Assembly: GCA_028023455.1 (NCBI GenBank)
Contig: JAQFVV010000006.1
Coordinates: forward strand, 6,448,001 to 6,512,000
From: Epiperipatus broadwayi
Taxonomy: Eukaryota > Animalia > Onychophora
Direction of reading: 5' to 3'
DNA: 64,000 nucleotides
Position numbers and translations under genes: made by a program. A model generated the notes under the pieces. The model was not told the DNA's origin, made no database searches, and worked only from the letters and a program-made list of their open reading frames with translations. The stretch's first letter is position 1. The number at the start of each line of letters is the position of its first letter. Below, piece by piece: positions 54,446 to 64,000 of the stretch.

Positions 54446-55499
54446 AAGCAATTCTGTTACCTCTGCCATTTAAAGGTCACATGACTTCCACGCAACAGAT
54501 CACATGACTATTTTTTCCTGCGTAGTTTGGCACAGTGGTAGATTGACATAATTAAGAGTTAAAGATTCAAGAATTGCAATTCAGCCGTTATTTCTGCGGT
54601 TAAACATCAAGACTTCCTGAAAACCGACTCTTTGAATGGTTTATCCTAATAATAAAAATAGTACTTTCATGGCATATCCATCCCTATTTTAATTTTCTTT
54701 CCTTTTAAGGAAATACCCTCAACATCAATTTCTGTTTTTTTTTTTTTTTTTAAAAAAATGAAATTATGAATTTATAATAAATTGTAATTTTAGCTAGTTT
54801 TTATTCAAAACTATGCTTAAAAAACAATCACGCCTGAACAAATAAAATTAATATTTAAACATCTTTAAATTCCACCATTAACGCAAATAAAGTTACCATT
54901 TTCTGTTTGCTATGACCTACACAAACATACACACACACACAATAGGTACACCCATCTCCTCCTCCATTAATGCAAAAAAAAAAAAGGATTTGAGTAAAAC
55001 ATATAAATTAACATTTTTTTAATGTTATTTAATTACTGGTTATTATCCCTATAAGAAAGTTTGAATTTCACAAAGTGTAACGCAATTAAATGGAACAATT
55101 TAATGTTCATAATTAACGCACTTATAAATAAAACATTCTTTGTATTAAAACATTATTGATTTGATTAATTTAAACATTTTAAATTCAAGGTTTTATGCAT
55201 ATTAATTTTAATATATTTAACTTTGTTAAAAAATATAATAAAATAAAATCAAGCTGAAGCAACATCTGGGTTTTATTCATTATCGCATCAATAAATTACC
55301 ACTATATCTTTGACAGTATAAAATAAAAAATACATAATCACATTTAAATAATATAATTAAAAATATCAGATGCAAATGTTTCAGTTTTAATTGTATTATT
55401 AAAATCTAATCCAACTGATTTACTAATTACAATGATTGGAAAAGTAGGGTGTGTGTGCGTGTAATTGAATGTCAGACTGATTCTAAGATCCTTGGTTCA

Positions 55500-56130
55500 A
55501 TGCCTGTTTTGGCATTTCTGCCTGTTCTATCATTTATGCTTGTTCTGGAATTTCTATCTGTTCTAGCATTTCTACCTGTATTGTCATTTCTGGCTTGTCT
55601 GGCATTTCTGACTGTATTAGAATTTTTGTCTGTTCTGGCATATCTGCCTGTTCTAGCATTTCTGCCTCTTCTAGTATTTCTGCATCATCTGGCATTTCTG
55701 CCTGTTCTAGCATTCAAGCCTACTTTGGCTTTCCTGATTGTTCTATCATGTCTACTTGTTCTGGCATTTTTGGCTGTTGTAGCATTTCTGCTTGTTCTAT
55801 TATTTCTGCATGTTGTGGCATTTCTTGCTGTTCTAGCATTTCTGCATGTTCAGGCATTTTTGTATGTTCTACAATTTGTCTGGTCTAGCACTCACTTCTA
55901 TCTGTTCTAGCATTTCTGCCTATTCTGACAATTTTATGTGTTCTACAATTTTCTGTCAGTTCTGGTATTTTTTCCTAGTCTAGCACTTCTACCTATTCTA
56001 GCATTTCTGCTTGTTCTGGCATTTTTGCCTTTTCTAGCATTTCTGCCTGTTCTAGCATTTCTGCTTTATCTGACATTTTTGTATGTTCTTCAATTTCTGT
56101 ATGTTCTAGCATTTCTGTCTGTTCTGGTAC
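55500..56130. repeat. 18-bp minisatellite (consensus ctgttctagcatttctgc) inside a SINE-like repeat
   Basis: Roughly 30-35 degenerate units; flanks match a dispersed SINE-like head and tail. Confidence 0.85.
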
Positions 56131-57214
56131 TCAAATTCTTATGAACTCCTGAGCAATAAAGCTATTCATTTGACTTACACCCTGTGTCATTTAGTGTTGT
56201 AGAGTCTCAGAGTCTGGAATGTGACATCTTGGGATCAATTCTCATTCTGGCATTTCCAAATCTCAAACTTTTTATAAACTCCCAAACCGTAAAACCATCC
56301 AACTTATTATGCCCTGCATCATTTAATGCAGCATACAATGTCAAACTTTGGATCTAAGTTCATCAAATGAATTTATATTCTTACACTTCTGGTATCCAAA
56401 CTTCTTGTAAACTTCAAGCAACACAGCCATTTCATTACCATTATCATAAATGAGCATAGTAGTCTGTTTGTATTCATGACATATGTTTTCAAGTCTTAGT
56501 GCCAATATTGAAATTCATAGATAGTTATATGTCAAAATTGTGTATGACACAAATATTTCATCAATAATCGATACAAGACATGAGGAAAAAAAGCAATTAG
56601 TTTCCACATCACCAGTTTTGGCTATTTCAGTTTCATCAGGAAGCTTTGGCTTCTTACCCTCATTCATTGGAAATTGCAACTAATCTGGGGTCAATTTTTA
56701 AAATACTGTGATCTGTAGGTTGTCACCATAAATATTTTATTTACACCCAATCATAAAGCAACAATACTTTATGCTTAAGATATTATATTTACTTTGTCAA
56801 TGATATCAACTATAATTAAGTCTAAAAATAAAGTATTTTGAACAACTTTTTAAGTTATTAAAATGGATTAAATTTTAAATTCAAGCTAAAGTACTTTCTT
56901 TTATGCTCTTTCCATCATAAACAAATGTATGAAGAGAATGTTTTACTCTAGGTGCAAAAAGCTAAGGCTCATGAGGAGCCTGGGTTAGTCAAAACACATG
57001 TGGGATTGATTTGCATTTTTGTAACTGTCTTTTCATGACTATTTATAAAGTAGAAGGTGAATGTTTAACATCATTAATAACATATATTTGTTTGTAGATA
57101 GGGTATGAAAGGAAGTACCTTAAAGTTAAAGTTTACTGACTTATGATAATTTATAAAATTATATATATTTCATCATTAAATTGAATTAGAATATATACCA
57201 TTGTTCTGGCACAA

Positions 57215-57745
57215 AGGAGTTCTCTTTTACTTCAAACCCAAGTTGTCAAATAGATTTAAACCCAGAAAGTTATAGGTATGAGAGTGTGAAGAAATATCTT
57301 TCTTGCCATTCTGAAAATAATATTTTAAAATTCTCAAGAGAATTGTGTACATTGAATTAATTATTTTCATGGACTGTTATTATTATACAGAATAAAAATA
57401 AGGAGATTATATTCATATAAACAGAGAAAACTTTTGCCTTTTGATGTTGCCAGAAAACAAACAATTATTACTTACTAACAACTCCTTGAAGCTAAACATG
57501 TTTTCACCATTAACCTGTAATAGCTCTTTTGTTGAGGTTTATTGAAGAAAAAGGAGTCCTCTTTTACCTTAAACCCAAGTTGTTAAATAAATTTAGACCC
57601 AGAAAGTTATAGGTGTGAGAGTGTGAATGAATAACATCTTTCTTGGCATTCTAAAAATAATGTTTTAAACTTCTCAAGAGAATTGTATATGTGGAATTAA
57701 ATATTTCCATGGATTGTTATTACAATACAGAATAGAAATAAAATT
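57215..57745 (+). repeat. Direct duplication with ~337-bp period
   Basis: aaacccaagttgt...cccagaaagttatagg...ctcaagagaattgt occurs at about 57230 and 57570. Confidence 0.8.
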
Positions 57746-59829
57746 ATATCCATGTAAAGAGAGATAACTTTTTCATTTTAATGTGGCCAGGCAATTATCA
57801 ATTACTACTAATTGGCAATCACTCTGAGACTAAACAAAAAATATCTTTATGTGTATAGTATGCATATATACATAAAGATTATAATAATAATAAAAAAATA
57901 AAATAATATTAATTCTTTTATAGTACAAATTCTTATTGACAGATTTAATTACAGTTCCAAACTTTTGATTGGTCACTTACAGAATCAATCATAAAAATAT
58001 ATTTATCATTTAAAACTATATTTATTTTAGTTTGGTTTCTAAAACACAATTTAATGATTCATTAGATTATTAAAGTGAAAGAAATTTTTTTAAAAATAAA
58101 GTTCTATTTATATTTGATGAAAATAATCTATAGTGGCAAACAAAATTTATGTTATCCAATTACTGCCTTGTTTAATAACAATTATGTGCTAGTATAAGAG
58201 ATTGTGATCATGTGATGTTTAGTGGTTTATCCAATTATAAATTGAAATGGTACATTGTTGATCTTCTTTGTCAATTTGCCTTCATGTAAAAGTAAACACT
58301 TTCTACTAAAATTTGAACTCTCCTAAAATAATTTATATTTCACACATATTTTGTGAAAAAATTATATTGGTATAAAAAAAGTTCTATAGCATATGTTTTC
58401 ACTTGAAAAATCAAAATGTAAAATTGAACTGTCAAAATTTATTGACAGGTGATCTCTGGTGGAAAACAGAAGAAACAGCTAATCAGCATTTTGAAAGGCA
58501 GTGCTTACATCATTGTTATACTGTTAATTTAAATATTATTGATTTATTAGTTGTAAATAAATTCTAAAGATGGCAGCATCAGTCAGTATGATTTTCTTGA
58601 AAAAGTAATTATAAATTGGCAAATTAACATTAAAAATAAGTTTGAGAATGAGTTTAATTTTAAAGCTGCATGTGAAAGTGGCCATACAGTACAGTTTACA
58701 TGGTATCACAAAAATTCAGTTCTATATTTTTGACAAAGTGGAACACTCATATTTAACAGTTTCCTTTTTGTTGATACTTCAAATTTCTAAACTTGTATTT
58801 TCAAAAATGAAACAAATTTTTAAAAAATCTAAGTGTAAACACATAATTGTTTTTTTAATAATTGTTATGGAAACATTTTGTAAAATTAATTACAAGCATT
58901 TAATTTAGACTCAGTGAGTTAAATATGGTTATATTTAAAGCTTCACACTTTCAAACCTAAATGCTTCAAACTGGCTTAGATATATAAAAAGACAAGTAAA
59001 GAAGAGGGTGGACCACCCTTTTCTTGTGAAATTCTGTTTTGTGTTTACAGTTTGATCACATCTGATTGGCTGTCAGATTAAGTATTATAATAAGCACGAG
59101 AGATTCACAGCCTTTCAATTTAATTTCAACTAACTATCTGTGCTTTATAAATATTATTTATATAAGCATTTAAATAAACTACAGAATTATGCTTTTTTTT
59201 GTTTATTGCTAGAATAAATGAGAGTTGACAAATTTATTTATATGCCTAATATCAAAGAATTTACCAATCAGTGATCTTTTTGGCTTTTGCTGCCATTTCT
59301 GAAGTTTTTCCTGAAGACTAGTGACACCTGCAGATTTTATTTTAAACTAATAAACCAATATTTAATTTATTTCCAAATTTTACTATAAAAGAGGCAGCAC
59401 AGCACTAAAAATAGCTATATAAGATTGGTTTAGAGCTAATGCACAGAAGCACCACAATAGTAACTGCAATCTTACACAGTTAATAATCAGTAAGTTAATT
59501 AACTTCATCATTAGTAGCCATTTACAAATGTATGATCATTCCATCTCATGAAAAAAAATCAAATAAAAAGTTAAACCATCAGTAAAGATAAAGATAAGAT
59601 TGGTTATGAAGTTCTGAATGTATATTTAAAAGATGGAAATATTGCAAAGACATTTTATTTCAAGGTCACAGTTGATGTAGAGAGCTAAATAGTGACACGA
59701 GAGATTCATAATGTAAATGATTGGAAACAATGAAATAAAAACTCAAGCGAGAATATAAAAATAAAATTTACAGAGAAGAAGAAATAATGATTGCTTTGAA
59801 ATTTGACATTTGATTATTCCCAAATTGAT

Positions 59830-60450
59830 ATGTGATGTGATGCACTGTGGCTTCTCCTTTTTTTGGAATCAGGAATCTCTCAGCCACTATGCCCAGAGAA
59901 ACCTGTTAGACACCTTCCCTTCCCTTTCTATTTCCCACCCTAAGGTTTTCCCATATTCTTCTGCATCTTGCTCCATCCCATTTCCACAACATAATCTTTG
60001 TCAACTTTATGAGCTTTATATCTAGATCCCTCTAATCTTTTCCCAAACCTAGCATAAAAACCAAAAACCCACTTTCTGTATAATCACTTTGTTTATATTT
60101 ATTCTCCCACAACTTCATTAATTGTATCCTTTCTGCTTGCAGACATTTACATTCGGTTAACAGTTGCCTAATATAGGCATTCCTTATACAAGTTGCAGAG
60201 TAAATCACCCACATTTTCCCATTTATGTGTAATTACACCTTGAACAGTAAATTACTTTCCTTGCTATAATCATAAATTAACTTGCACCCAATATTCTGTT
60301 TACTTCTATATATATTTTATCTCTTTTTACTCTCCATACTAGTTCTCCATTTCTTCAACTCCCTATTTTTTATTAATGCATCTATTCTTCTATCTCATTC
60401 TTTGCCACTATAACACTCAACAATTCTCCTAATACATCATCCCACCTTTT
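59830..60450 (-). mobile_element. LINE 3' fragment, same family as 2925-3710
   Basis: Shared ctatgcccagagaaacctgttag and cccaatattctgtttacttctatata blocks; (CATCA)n-like tail. Confidence 0.7.
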
Positions 60451-61094
60451 GTATAAATGTCATTACATGTAATGCCACCTATAATTTTATTTTTTAAACT
60501 ACTTCTCATTTTTATAAGTATTCTATGCAGTCAACAAAACTATATAACATTATTATTCAGTAATGTTACTATTTTTTATACTGTTTACCACTAATATGGA
60601 TTTATTTATATAATAAATGTATGCAATCTATAATTCTGTATATTTACATCAATATATACACATTTTCCACACATACATGTACCCATAAAGATTCAAGAAA
60701 GAGATATATTTCTATATATTTTGTAATATATATCAAATAGCTGCCGCATTTATAAAAATACATATACAATAAAAATATTTATGGAAAGCAAGATTCCAAA
60801 AGTGTCTACCATTCAAAAGTTATTTTTATAAAGCCATTCAAATAATCTTAACATGAATTTATTTATATACATTCAACATGTAATCTATTATTCTGTATAT
60901 TCAGATATAGTCATTTATTTTCCACATGTTCATGCATGTATACATGTTCAAGAAACAGATACATGTCCATTTATATAATAATATCACTTATATTGCATAA
61001 ATGTAACATGTACACTAGAAAAATAGACTTCAAAACTACATATCATAATAATTTACAACTTAGTCTTAGCAAAATCATTTAAATAAGATATTTA

Positions 61095-61610
61095 TTTTAT
61101 ATAGCACAATGTTTTATAAACTGTAATAGTAATAATCAGCCATTAAGCTAATGCACATGTGCTTTGTGGATTTTTAGCTATAAATGAATACTCTCGATTT
61201 CAAACACAAGATTAAGTCTTTGTGAAAAGATAGAATGAATCTATCCCTTCAACTCAAATGTTTATGTATGGGCAAATCTTAAGCATTTAGGAATGATAGC
61301 ATGAAGATGTTAAGCGATCACTTTAAATTACTTTTACTATGCCTGAATAAATGACGCGAAATTTTCTAGAATTTATGATACATCATTCTTATTTGAAATT
61401 AAACATACGATGCTTAAAATTGTCCCATACATAAGTGTTTGAGTCAAAAAGATAGATGGATTCATTCTATCTTTTCATAAAGACTTTATCTTGTGTTTGA
61501 AAGTGAGAGTATTCATTTACAGCTAAAAATCCACAAAGTGCATGTGCATTAGATTAATGGCTGATTATTACTATTACAATTTATAAAACATAGTGCTATA
61601 TAAAACAAAA
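61095..61610. repeat. Fold-back element without a recognisable hammerhead
   Basis: About 61095-61260 is the reverse complement of about 61440-61605 (gaaaagatagaatgaatc / gattcattctatcttttc). Confidence 0.8.
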
Positions 61611-64000
61611 TCATTTGAGTAAATGTGTAATGATAATTTAGAAGTCAGATAAAAAATAGACTATTTTTAGCTCAAGTGTCATAGTGTTATATGGATAGCA
61701 AATCAACCAGTGATAGTAAAAAAGGGTGAAACTTTTATCAAATCAGCCCACAGCTTTGAAGAATAATTATGATGTACAGTAGAGTAGTGAAAAGTGTTAT
61801 ATTTTGTTTTATATCCCCCTCATGTTTATTGTATATAATAGCTTATATTTTGTTGATAAACTTTGATAACAATAGAATACCTACAGTTTATTGTCTTGTA
61901 AATATACAGTACTTTTCAAATGCATATATATAACACAGACATTTATGTATATAGTATGCACATATAAATTAAGATTATAGTATAAAAATTTTTTTTTTTT
62001 AAAAAAAATACTGTTATTAATAATAAGTTGAGGAAAAACTTTTTTATATATTTTAATGAGTGTGTGTTGGCTCATTTACATCACCCTAAAAACAAAAGAT
62101 ACATTGTTCCATATCTTTATTTTTTAAATAAAATGAATAACAAATTGTCTGACTTTCATCACAGCTAAATATGTTTTTAGTGATGTGTTTTTATTCCAAG
62201 AACTTTTTTTTCTATCAAAACATAATAACAATCTCATTTTCAGTGAACTACAATCTTTCTAGTTGTTTAGATGTTTTAAAGTCTGCGTCAACATTACGAA
62301 TGCTCTTAAAATTCTTAAAACTTTTAACATTACTCTTAGAATACTTTTATTATGAAAGAATAAAATATTTGTGCTTTCAATATAAACTGAACAAATTTTA
62401 TTAAAAACCATAAACATGTACCAGCATACTGTTAATTTATATATTTTAATGTTTTTTTTATATTAAAAACATGATTGTGCATGGGATTCTGGGATAAAAA
62501 AAATGGCTTCTCACTTATCGTAAAATGTATTAAATTTATGAATTTTAATGTTTTTCTTGTTCATTTATTTATTTTTTTAATGTTTATTTGCACATGTTTT
62601 TGGATAGCATATAATTGAAGTAATGTATTTTAATGCAGCATAATCCATGGTTTCAGTACATATTTTAATAATCCTAATAATGAATAACAGACATTGCACA
62701 TGTGATACTAAAAATATCTAATAATATGTATATATATGGAAAAATAATCTCCAAACCACATATCACAGTAATTCAAAATATCAGTGTTTTAGAATTAATC
62801 TAATAAATTCATAAATAATGCTCTCTTCTATACTAACATTTAAAAGAGGGAGCTCTTCGAAGCTGTTATATGAATAAAAAAAATCAATTATTGATACTCA
62901 AAATGGTTGAAACTAAGTTAATAGCAATCTTTATAAAACCAACTCATATTTCAAAGAATTAAAATGTTAATTCCAATGATTTTAATAAACATGCAAATAA
63001 ACAATGATTATTAAAGATGTAGCACTAATAATATCTAATCATTTTAAGAATAAAGAAACACTTCATAAACACACCCCATAATAATTCACAAGCATGACTT
63101 ATTACAAGACATTCTTATGCTATGATTAGATTGTATGAAGACATTTTTGCTATGACATCCAGTAAGGGAATTTTGATTTGAGACATATTTGAAGTGGTGA
63201 AGCTATTCAATTTCTGAGAGGTAACTTTTCTTCTGATGTCTAGTGGAGAAATACATTAAAGGATGGGAAGCCATGATGAAGTTAGACATCATTCTAATTT
63301 CATTCAACTAAATCAAAGGCAGTTTAGAAATCAAATTTCAAGAAAAATAATAAGCAGCATTATGATAAATTATTTATATTAAAAAAAAATCATAAAGCTT
63401 ATATCTGCCATGAGACATATTGGTTGCATGTAGTACATTGTGATGCATGACATGCCAATTTTTTTTTATGATAGCTGGATATTAGTTCTTAGGTTAAATC
63501 TAATGAATTTTATGCTATTACTACAGTAACAGATATGGTTTATCAATCATAGATTACAATTAATAATCCATTTTATTTCTCTACTTTAGAGTCACCTAGT
63601 GTAAGCTTAAGTAACTAACTAGTGGATACCATAATATATAATCATAGGGTATTATGGATGTCACAGATGTGAATTCAGATTCAGGTTCTTTTAGCTCTAA
63701 ACTCTAGAACTCTACTAGTGCATTAAATTGTGAGGTAAATGTTCACCAAACTCCTAGAATAGTTTCTATTTGATTTTGTTGATGTGAAGTACTTCCTTAC
63801 ATGGTTTAGGGCAGTGGTTGATTCTAAAGATCAAAGTCCAAAAATTCTAATTTGATTTTTATCACTCTCAATGCTTGAACTTTGTACACATTCTCAAATA
63901 ATAAAACATTTGGTTATTGTTAGGTGAAACACTGATTGTTTACACACACACATCCACCAACAATATTCAATGGTTTTACACTATCCGAGTTAAGGATCCT

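Noticed and set aside
55449-56144. Hydrophobic ORFs (LAFLPV repeats) and the opposite-strand AEMLEQ frame
   Set aside because: They are translations of an 18-bp minisatellite; the minus frame has internal stops.
1-64000. CRISPR array or prokaryotic defence system
   Set aside because: No regularly spaced repeat-spacer array or operon; the DNA is eukaryotic, with spliceosomal splice sites and LINEs.

Overview
AT-rich, CpG-depleted eukaryotic (probably invertebrate) DNA that is mostly intronic or intergenic and repeat-derived. The only host coding sequence I can support is one minus-strand internal exon of a matrix metalloproteinase (37633-37892: cysteine switch PRCGLPD, furin site RAKR). The dominant unexplained structure is a dense set of short non-coding repeats from at least three families. 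Each carries a minimal type-I hammerhead ribozyme motif (CUGANGA...GAAA...UH, often with a palindromic stem III). They occur mostly as fold-back (inverted) elements, several flanked by 8-14 bp target-site duplications. A decayed Penelope-like element (GIY-YIG endonuclease plus a decayed hammerhead) at about 17.9-18.8 kb is the likely type of driver. Also present: a ~4.5 kb imperfect palindrome, fragments of RTE, L1/Tx1-like and other LINEs, a hAT transposase remnant, a tRNA-Gly pseudogene, SINE-like repeats and an 18-bp minisatellite. All alignments and folds were done by eye, so repeat boundaries are approximate.
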